From an archaeon (lineage in GTDB: Archaea; Nanobdellota; Nanobdellia; Woesearchaeales; GW2011-AR9), in the NCBI GenBank assembly GCA_002688265.1, contig NZCK01000031.1, positions 1-61,314 of the forward strand: 61,314 bases of DNA, given 5' to 3'. The position numbers were made by a program, and so were the translations under genes. Below, piece after piece: positions 50,571-59,480 of this stretch. The notes under the pieces are model-generated. The model ran no database searches, was not told the origin of the DNA, and saw nothing but the letters and a program-made list of their open reading frames with translations. Each line of letters begins with the position of its first letter. Position 1 is the stretch's first letter.

Positions 50571-50717
50571 GCATTTAGATCTGCTAGCTGGCTTTATAAA
50601 GCTTGTTCTCTACATCTTGAGAAGAAAATATTATTAAAACAGTTATTTTGTTCATTTGTCACTAAACAGTGGTTTTTTGAAGATAAGTTTTTAAATAAAC
50701 ACAGATTTTGTCTAGTT

Positions 50718-51737
50718 ATGGCTCAGAAGATTGCTTTTCCATATTTGTTTGAAGTAAGTATTGGTTTTGGTGACAATTTACCTGAATCTTGGCTTGCTAA
50801 CAAAGAAGCAAAAAAAAGAAAAATTGAAGTACCTAATTTGCGTAGTGATTTAGATCTATTGCTTGCTTTAAATGAGTTAAAAAGAGATGGAGCTCATCAA
50901 GTTAATGGTTTAGATGATTTTATTGAACAAATTGAAGTATTAGAAACAGGATCATATCAAGCTAAGGCAAGAAATTTAAGAACTGCATTAGCGCTTATAG
51001 ATGAACGTTATGGTGCGAATTGGAATAAAATTTCTAATTCTGAGCTTCCTTTTGTTTGGTATGATGGCGATGCTATTGAAGTTGAATATGGTGTTGGAAT
51101 GCCTCATGAGAGAAAATATGAAAGACATATGAGAAGAGAGATTGATACACTAAATGCAATTAGAGTAGAAGAATTAAGAAAGCTTAGGAAAATTGCTCTA
51201 AATGAAGCAATCAGCTCAGATGGGGATAGTGGAACTTCAATTGATGATTTATTACAGAGAATTAGTGTAAGTAAAGAGGGTTCTTACGCAAAAGCTTTAG
51301 AATTACATAGATTAACACTTATTGATCCTGCTACTGGTTTATTAGTTCCAAGAGGTTATGTTTTTGAGAGATTATTGAGAAATGGTAATGCGATTGTTGG
51401 ACCAGGGAATACTAGGAAGATTTTAACTCTTGATGTTTGTTCAATGAAAAATGGGAATTCTAACATTGGTGAAGGAATGGTAGATTTATATCTTGCAGCA
51501 GTAGTAAGAGGAATTTCAAAATCTTTGCGGGTAGCAGAAAATGAAAGTCGTTTTTCTGATTTAATATGTAGAAACGTTTGTGCTTATAGACCAAATGGTG
51601 AAGGTGGAGATGAAATTGTTGTTGATTTAATAATGAAAGATGACCCTAAATTTGGACAAGCTATTGCAAGAAGAATAATGAGTAATGTTTATTTGGAACA
51701 AGTAACTTTAAGATCTAATCTGTATAAAGGAGAATAA
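50718..51737 (+). CDS. GGDEF-like (diguanylate cyclase fold) domain protein
   Basis: DPATGL, LDVCSMKNGNSNIG, VDLYL, YR...GGDEI; start moved to ATG 50718 (TTTAAATA upstream). Confidence 0.7.
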   Translation: MAQKIAFPYLFEVSIGFGDNLPESWLANKEAKKRKIEVPNLRSDLDLLLALNELKRDGAHQVNGLDDFIEQIEVLETGSYQAKARNLRTALALIDERYGANWNKISNSELPFVWYDGDAIEVEYGVGMPHERKYERHMRREIDTLNAIRVEELRKLRKIALNEAISSDGDSGTSIDDLLQRISVSKEGSYAKALELHRLTLIDPATGLLVPRGYVFERLLRNGNAIVGPGNTRKILTLDVCSMKNGNSNIGEGMVDLYLAAVVRGISKSLRVAENESRFSDLICRNVCAYRPNGEGGDEIVVDLIMKDDPKFGQAIARRIMSNVYLEQVTLRSNLYKGE

Positions 51738-51849
51738 TTAAACAAATATATCTTTTAATTTGTTATTTTTATTAATGATTTTAATTTCCTTCTATTTTCT
51801 ATTTCTTATTCAATAAACTTTTAAGTAAACTGTGATTTTTGAGAGTTCT

Positions 51850-52872
51850 ATGCTTTCAAAAGATCAAATCCAAGAATTAGAAAAACAACAATACCGAATG
51901 GTGGGTGATCACAGCTCCGTTAAAGTCTGTGGTTGGACCAAAAACATGCTCCGAGGACAAGGTAGTTGTTACAAATTCAAATTCTATGGAATTCGAAGTC
52001 ATCAATGCTTACAAATGACAAGCTCAATGCACTGTGCTAATCGTTGCACATTCTGTTGGAGAGGAGAAAAAGCACCCGTACAAAAAGAATGGAAAGGAAA
52101 AATAGATGATGTGGATTTTATCATAGATAATTCAGAAGCTGCGCATGAAAAACTATTGCTTGGTTTTGGTGGATGCGAAAAAACTACTAAGAAAATTTAT
52201 GATGAATCCAAACAAGTTCGTCATGTGGCTTTATCTCTAACTGGTGAGCCAATAGCTTATCCTAAAATTAATGAACTATTAGAAGAATTTCACAAAAGAA
52301 AAATTTCAACTTTTTTAGTAACCAACGCCCAGTATCCAGAACAGATTGAGAAAATAAAAAATGTAACACAATTTTATATTTCAGTTGATGCACCAAATAA
52401 AATTAAACTAAAAGAAATTGATCAGCCATTATTTACTGATTTCTATGAACGTTTACTTCAAAGTTTAGATTTAATGCGAAACGCAAGTTATCGAACTTGT
52501 ATTCGTTTAACATTAGTTAAAGGACAAAATGATTTAGATTTAGAAGGTTATAAACAATTAATTGAAAGGGGAGATCCTGACTTTATTGAAGTTAAAGGTT
52601 ACATGCATGTGGGAGCATCTCGGAAATTTTTGGAACGCGACAATATGCCAATGCATAATGAGGTAGATGATTTTACTAAGAGGTTAATTGACGAACTTGA
52701 AGATTACGAAATTGTAAGTGAACACAAAGCATCTCGAGTTTTATGTTTGATGCACAAACGAATGAATGGAAAACAATATATTGATTTTTCTAAGTTTTTT
52801 GAAATAGTTAATTCTGGAAAAGTTGCTGAGGCGCTTGATTATAGCAGTGAGAAAATTATGCCTAATTTGTGA
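51850..52872 (+). CDS. taw1: 4-demethylwyosine synthase Tyw1/Taw1 (radical SAM)
   Basis: HSSVKVCGWT, CYKFKFYGIRSHQC, CANRCTFCWR, SLTGEP, EVKGY. Confidence 0.95.
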   Translation: MLSKDQIQELEKQQYRMVGDHSSVKVCGWTKNMLRGQGSCYKFKFYGIRSHQCLQMTSSMHCANRCTFCWRGEKAPVQKEWKGKIDDVDFIIDNSEAAHEKLLLGFGGCEKTTKKIYDESKQVRHVALSLTGEPIAYPKINELLEEFHKRKISTFLVTNAQYPEQIEKIKNVTQFYISVDAPNKIKLKEIDQPLFTDFYERLLQSLDLMRNASYRTCIRLTLVKGQNDLDLEGYKQLIERGDPDFIEVKGYMHVGASRKFLERDNMPMHNEVDDFTKRLIDELEDYEIVSEHKASRVLCLMHKRMNGKQYIDFSKFFEIVNSGKVAEALDYSSEKIMPNL

Positions 52873-52908
52873 TTTTTTTAATCTAAGAATAAATAGTTGT
52901 CTGTTACA

Positions 52909-53655
52909 TCATAACTTTAAATCTTTAGAATTCTTCCAAATGAACTTAAAGTAATTCTCAAAAGTTTTTTTTATCTTCTCATTTTCAATTAATATCACTT
53001 GTGGTGTATCTTCCCATACAAATATAGCAACTTTATTATCATAAATATTGATTGTAGCAGGAGATTCAACATCTGATGGAACAGTTTTATACTCTGTGTA
53101 TTTTCCTTTAGACTTTTTCTTTCTTGTTTGTCTAATTAACATCTTTGTTTTAATTTTTTTATTCTCTTTTCTCTTCCTAAAAATTGGGCAATAATAAGGC
53201 ATCTTGTCAGAAAAAAAACCTTCAGAACCCATCACATAATAAGTCTCACTTTTATTAGTAGAATCTATTACATCTTGAAACACAGTTTTTAATCCTTTGT
53301 AACCTTGAAATAATTTTACTGAACTTTTTTGTTTCTTAAATTCAAACTGTTCTTTTAATTTAGGAATAATTCTTTTTGCTATTTCTTCTTTTTCTTGATA
53401 ATAATCAAGAATTTTTTTTGGATTTTCAGGAACGTAAATAGTTCTCTTATTTTCATATATTGTTGAGACCACACCTCTTTGAATTAAACATTTAAGGGCA
53501 TTGTATGTTGAAGAACGGTCAAGCTGTGCCTCTTTTGAAATTTTTCCAGCAAGTGATGCACCAATTTTGATTAGCGTTAAGTAAACCTTAGATTCGTTCA
53601 CAGAATAATTCAACTTTTCTAAATCCCTGAACAAAGTGTCTTGGTAGATATCCAT
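52909..53655 (-). CDS. TrmB family transcriptional regulator
   Basis: NESKVYLTLI...RSSTYNAL wHTH; FQGYKGLK; YFKFIWK. Confidence 0.9.
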   Translation of the reverse strand: MDIYQDTLFRDLEKLNYSVNESKVYLTLIKIGASLAGKISKEAQLDRSSTYNALKCLIQRGVVSTIYENKRTIYVPENPKKILDYYQEKEEIAKRIIPKLKEQFEFKKQKSSVKLFQGYKGLKTVFQDVIDSTNKSETYYVMGSEGFFSDKMPYYCPIFRKRKENKKIKTKMLIRQTRKKKSKGKYTEYKTVPSDVESPATINIYDNKVAIFVWEDTPQVILIENEKIKKTFENYFKFIWKNSKDLKL

Positions 53656-53687
53656 AACAATACAAAAGAAATACTTCTATATAAATC

Positions 53688-53709
53688 TGTTGTAGAAATA
53701 TCTTCAACA
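53688..53709. promoter_or_regulatory. inverted-repeat operator candidate in the trmB/upp divergent promoter
   Basis: TGTTGTAGA-AATA-TCTTCAACA (8/9 match) next to the trmB TATA (53678-53685); extra TTCAACA half-site at ~53730. Confidence 0.6.
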
Positions 53710-53763
53710 AACTTCTAAATAAGATTAGTTTCAACAGAATTGAAAAATGAACAGGAAACGAAA

Positions 53764-54378
53764 ATGGAAAAAAACCCAATAATTGAAAAACTAGTATATG
53801 CTCTTAGAGACCCTAGAACAGAAAGAAGAGAATTTAGAGAATCTTTAGAGAAAGTTGGCGAATATTTAGGAATAGATATTGCAAAGGATCTAAAAACAAC
53901 GCAAGAGACTGTGGAGACTTGTCTGAAAAGAGTTGCTAGTCACCAAACGCTAACCGAGTCGCCTGTCTTGGTGACAATTCTACGTGCAGGACTTCCACTG
54001 TATAACGGATTACAAAGAGCATTCCCAGATTCTAAAGCAGGTTTTATCGGAGCAGCTAGAGATGAGGAAACTCTTCAATCAACTATCAGCTATGTAGCTC
54101 TACCTCCACTTGAAGATAGAGTAGTAGTCTTGGCTGATACAATGATTGCAACAGCAGGAAGCATTGTTGATACTGTGCAATTGTTAGAAGAATACTCGCC
54201 AAGACAAATCATTGTGGCAGGAGTGTTCGCCTCAAAAGAAGGAATTGAGAGGATACAAGAATATGACCCAACTATTAGAGTGTACGCAGCTGTGATTGAC
54301 CCAGACTTGAATGAAAAGGGTTTCATTCTTCCTGGATGTGGTGATGCTGGTGATAGATCTTATGGAGAGAAATTGTAA
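53764..54378 (+). CDS. upp: uracil phosphoribosyltransferase
   Basis: ILRAG, ARDEETL, DTMIATAGS, GFILPGCGDAGDR. Confidence 0.93.
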   Translation: MEKNPIIEKLVYALRDPRTERREFRESLEKVGEYLGIDIAKDLKTTQETVETCLKRVASHQTLTESPVLVTILRAGLPLYNGLQRAFPDSKAGFIGAARDEETLQSTISYVALPPLEDRVVVLADTMIATAGSIVDTVQLLEEYSPRQIIVAGVFASKEGIERIQEYDPTIRVYAAVIDPDLNEKGFILPGCGDAGDRSYGEKL

Positions 54379-54380
54379 AA

Positions 54381-54878
54381 ATGGAACAAAGAGATATAGA
54401 TTACATAATTAAAGCCCACAGAGATCATTCAGTAAGAGCTGATAAGGCATTTCGTAAGTGGGATGGACTAACACCCTACCATATTCATCCAATTTGGTGT
54501 GCTTCAATGCTTGCAACAGAAACTACTTTAGATGAAACAGTTAGGCATGAAGGAATCCAAACCCTACTTTATCATGATGTTCTTGAAGACACTGAACTTG
54601 GTCTTCCAAATTGGTTAAGTGGTAGGGTTGTTGGACTTATTGGATCAATGACTTATTCTGGAATTGTTGAAGAAATTGAGAAAATTTGGGATCAACCTGA
54701 AGAAGTTAGATTGTATAAATTATTTGATAAAACCAATAATCTTCTTGATTGGCAAAGAAGTAGTGTTGTGAAACATGAGAGGTACAAATTGTACACTGCA
54801 AGTTTATGTGATGACGCGCAAATTAATTTTGGAAAATTGAATATTGTAAAAATAGCAAGAGCGGTTTTGAGTGGATGA
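54381..54878 (+). CDS. small HD hydrolase of the Mesh1/small alarmone hydrolase type
   Basis: RKWDGLTPYHIHP, YHDVLEDT, KLFDKTNN. Confidence 0.8.
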   Translation: MEQRDIDYIIKAHRDHSVRADKAFRKWDGLTPYHIHPIWCASMLATETTLDETVRHEGIQTLLYHDVLEDTELGLPNWLSGRVVGLIGSMTYSGIVEEIEKIWDQPEEVRLYKLFDKTNNLLDWQRSSVVKHERYKLYTASLCDDAQINFGKLNIVKIARAVLSG

Positions 54879-54907
54879 ATTAGTTAAAGAAGATTTAGGA
54901 GTTTTAA

Positions 54908-55051
54908 TGCTTTGTAGAAATCCTACTCTACTTCAAGTGCCTTAACCCCACACTTCATGTGGGAACAAGTCACTTTCCGCCTGGCCATGCCAGGAATAGC
55001 TTTGCTATTAATGCCATTCATGGCACAGACGATTAGGATTTCTACAATGCC
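54908..55051. mobile_element. MITE-like element with internal hairpins
   Basis: Terminal inverted repeats GCTTTGTAGAAATCCTACTC / GCATTGTAGAAATCCTAATC (18/20); no target-site duplication visible. Confidence 0.6.
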
Positions 55052-55064
55052 AACTGAAAATAAA

Positions 55065-55685
55065 ATGGAAAAAGAAATAGAAGTAAAATTTGATGTACCT
55101 ATTGATAGGCCACTAAAGGATTTATGGGAAGAATGCTCAGGAATTGTTCTATCTAATCGATTTAATCTTGTATCTAGTAAAGATGTAACTAGGCGGTTTG
55201 ATTATTTTGATACACCTGATTTAGAAATTTATCGTAAGGGAGAGACATTAAGAAAAATATCTGGATTTGACCCAAATGAAGATAGGGCTGTGTTTCGTTA
55301 TGATTTTAAAATAGGCCCAATTGAAGATCGCTATGAAGTAAAACATTGGACGAACAGGAAATTTTCGATTGAAAAAATATTGGATAGTTTTGGTTTAAGG
55401 AAATTCTACCAACACATTTCAACTTCAGCTTCTGCAAATACATCTCATTGGAAAAGGCAATTTGCTTTAGGTTCAAATTTAGTAGAAGCTAGTTTAGATA
55501 TATTTAATGTCGCACAAGGGGCTAGATTTTGTGAGTTGGAATTAGAACTTGAACAAGGCGACCCAGATCAATTAAGAAGAATTGCCGATCTTGTGTGTGA
55601 TCAATTATCTTTGCAAACAGTTAATATCCAAAAGTATGCAAGAGTAGTAGAGTCAATGCCTAAGTATTTTGGATTGATAGGGTAA
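55065..55685 (+). CDS. CYTH domain protein
   Basis: EIEVKF, YFDTPDL, TLRK, FCELELEL, KYAR; the 5' extension in the ORF track is MITE sequence. Confidence 0.88.
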   Translation: MEKEIEVKFDVPIDRPLKDLWEECSGIVLSNRFNLVSSKDVTRRFDYFDTPDLEIYRKGETLRKISGFDPNEDRAVFRYDFKIGPIEDRYEVKHWTNRKFSIEKILDSFGLRKFYQHISTSASANTSHWKRQFALGSNLVEASLDIFNVAQGARFCELELELEQGDPDQLRRIADLVCDQLSLQTVNIQKYARVVESMPKYFGLIG

Positions 55686-55745
55686 TTCCTATAATTTTAT
55701 TATTTTTTTGGAAATGTTTATTAATTTTAAAACTATCTTTATATC

Positions 55746-56057
55746 ATGGTTATGGAATTAGTTAACTGGGACATTTATGAAATTCGAACAGAGAAATCTC
55801 CTATAAATGGAGTAATGCTTAGAGGCAGAATTAGAAAATTTTTTTTAGAGAAAAATAGAAATGTCCTAGCAGAAAACACAGAAGATATCGAAAAATCTGT
55901 TCGATTTGCTTTGCCTTCTAAAGAAGATGCTTCTGAAATTATTGAATATCTAAACAAAATAATTCCTGACGTTTCAGTTGAATTAGTTAAAGAAAATACT
56001 CCAAATCCAATTCTTTCAAAATTAAGAGTTAACATTGAAGATAGGTATACTTTGTAA
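55746..56057 (+). CDS. hypothetical protein
   Basis: 103-aa ORF with upstream TATA. Confidence 0.7.
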   Translation: MVMELVNWDIYEIRTEKSPINGVMLRGRIRKFFLEKNRNVLAENTEDIEKSVRFALPSKEDASEIIEYLNKIIPDVSVELVKENTPNPILSKLRVNIEDRYTL

Positions 56058-56115
56058 TTTTTACTGATTCTTTTCCACTACATTTAAGAATGGACTGTCG
56101 TTTGCTTATTTACTT

Positions 56116-56808
56116 ATGACTCAAGAATCTACAGCGCCAAAACACATAGCAATTATCCCTGATGGAAACAGAAGATGGGCTACAACTAAAGGTTTGGCCG
56201 CTAGCATGGGACACAGAAAAGCAGTTGAAGAAGGAAGATTAAGAAAATTATATCAAGCAGCTAGAAGCAAAGGAGTTGAATGTGTAACTTTGTGGGGTTT
56301 TTCTACTGAAAACTGGAAACGAGGAGAAACCGAAAAGAAAATTCTATTCGAACTTTTTGAAGGGTTAACTGATACTTTGAGTTCAGATTTGATAGATGAT
56401 AAAATACGTTTTATTCATGTGGGAAGACGAGATAGATTACCAGAATCTTTAATGTCAAAATTAATTCAATTAGAAAAAGATACATCTTCTTTTGAAGGAT
56501 TTACTTTATGTTTAGCGTTAGATTATGGTGGACGAGATGAATTAACTCGTGCTGCTCAGAAATTAGTTAATTCTAATGTTGCAGTAACTGAGGAAAGTTT
56601 GGCTTTAGCTTTAGATACTGCTAAACTTCCTGATTTGGATTTAGTGATTAGAACTAGTGGTGAACAACGATTGTCTGGATTTATGCCATTTCAATCAGTT
56701 TATTCTGAATTATTATTTATAGACAAATATTTTCCAGATTTCAATGTTGACGATTTAGTTGATGCTATTGATAATTTTGGAAAACGTGGTAGAAGATTTG
56801 GGAAGTGA
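56116..56808 (+). CDS. uppS: cis-prenyltransferase (polyprenyl diphosphate synthase)
   Basis: HIAIIPDGNRRW, FSTENWKR, YGGRDE, IRTSGEQRLSGF, RRFG. Confidence 0.97.
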   Translation: MTQESTAPKHIAIIPDGNRRWATTKGLAASMGHRKAVEEGRLRKLYQAARSKGVECVTLWGFSTENWKRGETEKKILFELFEGLTDTLSSDLIDDKIRFIHVGRRDRLPESLMSKLIQLEKDTSSFEGFTLCLALDYGGRDELTRAAQKLVNSNVAVTEESLALALDTAKLPDLDLVIRTSGEQRLSGFMPFQSVYSELLFIDKYFPDFNVDDLVDAIDNFGKRGRRFGK

Positions 56809-56858
56809 CGTATCTTTTTTGCTAAAGTTTTTAATGCAGTAGTGGTTTTTAGTTAATT

Positions 56859-57332
56859 ATGGTACGATCACTAGTTGGAAAACACAACAAATACTTTGAA
56901 GGAATTTTGCAACTTCGTAATCCTAATCAAAAAGTAGTTGATTTTGTAAATAATGATTTAAAAAATGGAAACATTGCTGTTTCAAAAGCCGAAGAAGTAA
57001 AAAATGGTGTAGATTATTATCTGAGTGACAACGATTACACACTGGCACTTTCTAAAAGACTACAACAAAAATTTGGTGGTGAAGTTAAAATCAGTTCAAC
57101 TTTGCATACTAAAATTAGGGGCAAGGACGCTTATCGAGTAACTGCTTTGTTTCGTTTACCTAGTTTTTCAAAAGGAGATCTAGTAGATTATGGTGGAGAT
57201 GAATTTATAGTTAAAGCAATGGGTAAGGATATTGTATTAATTGGACATGGGAAAAATACTAAAAAACACCATTTGCGTTATCGTGAGATGAGTCAAATAA
57301 AAAAAATAGATAGAGAAAATGTTGAAGATTAA
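56859..57332 (+). CDS. NMD3-related protein, short form lacking the Zn ribbon
   Basis: YFEGILQLRN, KNGVDYY, KFGG...S...YRVTALFR. Confidence 0.8.
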   Translation: MVRSLVGKHNKYFEGILQLRNPNQKVVDFVNNDLKNGNIAVSKAEEVKNGVDYYLSDNDYTLALSKRLQQKFGGEVKISSTLHTKIRGKDAYRVTALFRLPSFSKGDLVDYGGDEFIVKAMGKDIVLIGHGKNTKKHHLRYREMSQIKKIDRENVED

Positions 57333-57356
57333 TTTTTTCTTAGTACCTGCAGATGA

Positions 57357-57528
57357 GGCTCCGTAGAATTGCTTTTTAAAAAGCGTCAGAGCAGTCCGTA
57401 GGCAAAACCTTCGTGAAGATTTTGTTTCTGTTTCACAAACAAAATACTCGGTTTTATTCACTACTTTTTCTTATTCTGCCCGCCCACCACCCCTTAATTG
57501 ACGCTTTATATAGCAATTCTACAGAGCC
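57357..57528. mobile_element. 172-bp MITE with ~30-bp TIRs and a 9-bp target-site duplication
   Basis: GGCTCCGTAGAATTGCT...AGCAATTCTACAGAGCC flanked by TGCAGATGA (57348-57356 and 57529-57537). Confidence 0.9.
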
Positions 57529-57574
57529 TGCAGATGAATAATCTTTATATAGCAGACCATGTGATTTTTTGATA

Positions 57575-59422
57575 ATGAATTATTCTCTTGAAAAAGTTCT
57601 ACGAATTGTAATATTTGTCAGCTTTTTATTATTGTTAAGCACAAGTGTAATGGCGAGCCCTTATGATGATAGACATATTGAATTGTTGGCAGTTCAGACA
57701 CAAGAAGATGGAACTACAGTAGGAAAATCAGCAGACCTATTTTTACAAGTAAGAGATGGAAGTGGCAGAGTTTTTTTAGACACAACACCTCTTACAAAAA
57801 TTGATACTCAAGCAACAACCAGGTATGCCAAAGAAATGGCTTGCGAATATTTTGATTTGAACTGTGACAAATATGATTTCTTTTTTACAATCCGTTCAGA
57901 TACTAGTATTGTAGGTGGGCCAAGCGCGGGAGCTGCAACAGCTGCTTTAACTGCTATTGCTGTTATGGATTTAAAGCATGATGAAACAATAGCAGTTACA
58001 GGATCTATTAATTCTGGTGGAACTGTTGGTCCTGTAGGAGGAGTTAAAAGTAAAATTGAAGCAGCTAAAGAACAAGGACTAAGTAAGGTTTTAGTGCCAC
58101 CAGGAGCGTTAAGTGAACCAGTTTATGATAATAAAATGTCTTCAGCGATTGATTGGAGAGAATATTATACAAATTATCCAACAAGTAGAACCAGCTCACC
58201 AGTATATCTATTAAGAGATTATGCCAATTATGTTTTAGGAATTAATGCAATAGAGGTAGTTGATTTAGCAGATCTTCTATATGAACTTACTGGCGAAAAT
58301 TATTCTTTAGAATTAGGAGAATTAGAAGTTGACGAAACCTATACAGATATTATGAAAGGTTTAGATCAAATGTTATGTGAAAGGTTTGATTTATTGGTCT
58401 TAGAATTAGAAGATTTTGCTGATATTGATTCAAACATGACTGAAAGAATTGAAGGGTATCAAAATAATTCTATTGGGGCCCGAGAAGATGAAAACTATTA
58501 CTCCTCAGCAAGTTCTTGTTTTGGAGGAAATGTATATTTACAATATCAAATATATGAAGAATCTGAAATGAGTTCAGATGAATTTTTGTTAGAAGTTGAA
58601 AATCTAGCAAAAGAAGTATCAGAATTTCAAATAGAAGTTGAGTCCATGGAACTTTTAACAATCTCAGATTTACAAACTAAGATGGTTGTAAAAGAGCGTC
58701 TTCGAGAAGCAGAAGAATATTTGAGCATTGCACTTTCAGAAAATAGTACTTACGCTTTAGCTTATGGTCATGAAAGAATTGTGTCAGCCACGACATGGAC
58801 AGAATTTTTTAAAATGGAAGGAAAGTCTTTAGATTTGAGTTTAGATTCTTTGCAAATTGCTTGTTACTCTAAAATTTTGGAAGCAGAAGAGAGATATCGC
58901 TATGCAACCTTATTTTTTACAGGATTTGATTTGGAATACATGTTAGAAAAAATAGTTGGAGCACAGACAGCTTGGGAAGAAGAAAATTATGAACTTTGTA
59001 TCGTTCAGGCATCGCAAGCAAAGGCAGAAGCATCTTCAATAGTTAGTAGTGTAGGGTTGGGTACAACTGTATCTTTAGAGTATTTGGATGCAAAACGAGA
59101 AGCAGCCCTTAGAACTTTAGTTAGTAATACTAAGGAAGGTCAATTTCCGATTCTTGGTTATTCATATTATATGTTTGCTCAAAATTTAGAAGAAAATGAT
59201 GCTTATTCCGCTTTGTTGTATTATGAATACGCTTTGGAGATGAGCGAATTGAATGTTTATTTTGATGAAGTTGAAGATGAGGGATTAATTGGTGGGTTTT
59301 TATCTAAGTTTGGTTTAAATGGTGATTCTCAAGTATTTTTTAATGGATTCTTTCAAGGACTTTTGATGGGAGTTTTGCTTATGTGGATTTTTTTTAATTG
59401 GAATAAGGGGAAGAAGAGTTGA
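57575..59422 (+). CDS. secreted S16 (Lon-like) Ser-Lys protease with C-terminal membrane anchor
   Basis: Signal peptide; GGPSAG; GPVGGVKSK; C-terminal TM. Confidence 0.9.
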   Translation: MNYSLEKVLRIVIFVSFLLLLSTSVMASPYDDRHIELLAVQTQEDGTTVGKSADLFLQVRDGSGRVFLDTTPLTKIDTQATTRYAKEMACEYFDLNCDKYDFFFTIRSDTSIVGGPSAGAATAALTAIAVMDLKHDETIAVTGSINSGGTVGPVGGVKSKIEAAKEQGLSKVLVPPGALSEPVYDNKMSSAIDWREYYTNYPTSRTSSPVYLLRDYANYVLGINAIEVVDLADLLYELTGENYSLELGELEVDETYTDIMKGLDQMLCERFDLLVLELEDFADIDSNMTERIEGYQNNSIGAREDENYYSSASSCFGGNVYLQYQIYEESEMSSDEFLLEVENLAKEVSEFQIEVESMELLTISDLQTKMVVKERLREAEEYLSIALSENSTYALAYGHERIVSATTWTEFFKMEGKSLDLSLDSLQIACYSKILEAEERYRYATLFFTGFDLEYMLEKIVGAQTAWEEENYELCIVQASQAKAEASSIVSSVGLGTTVSLEYLDAKREAALRTLVSNTKEGQFPILGYSYYMFAQNLEENDAYSALLYYEYALEMSELNVYFDEVEDEGLIGGFLSKFGLNGDSQVFFNGFFQGLLMGVLLMWIFFNWNKGKKS

Positions 59423-59480
59423 TTAATTTCTGTTACATTGGAGGGAAAATTTATATAGTTGTTTTTGATATGTTTTCTCT

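Noticed and set aside
50562-50717. N-terminal extension of the GGDEF-like ORF
   Set aside because: Overlaps the pfdA start and divergent promoters; the TATA position supports ATG 50718
54957-55046. Apparent signal peptide on the CYTH protein
   Set aside because: It is translated MITE sequence; the CYTH ExExK motif begins after ATG 55065
54908-55051. Retron msr-msd or an intron
   Set aside because: No reverse transcriptase nearby, excision does not restore an ORF, and the ends resemble the MITE at 57357
57237-57461. 74-aa minus-strand ORF as a possible transposase remnant
   Set aside because: Spans the MITE end and the NMD3 antisense strand; no transposase motifs
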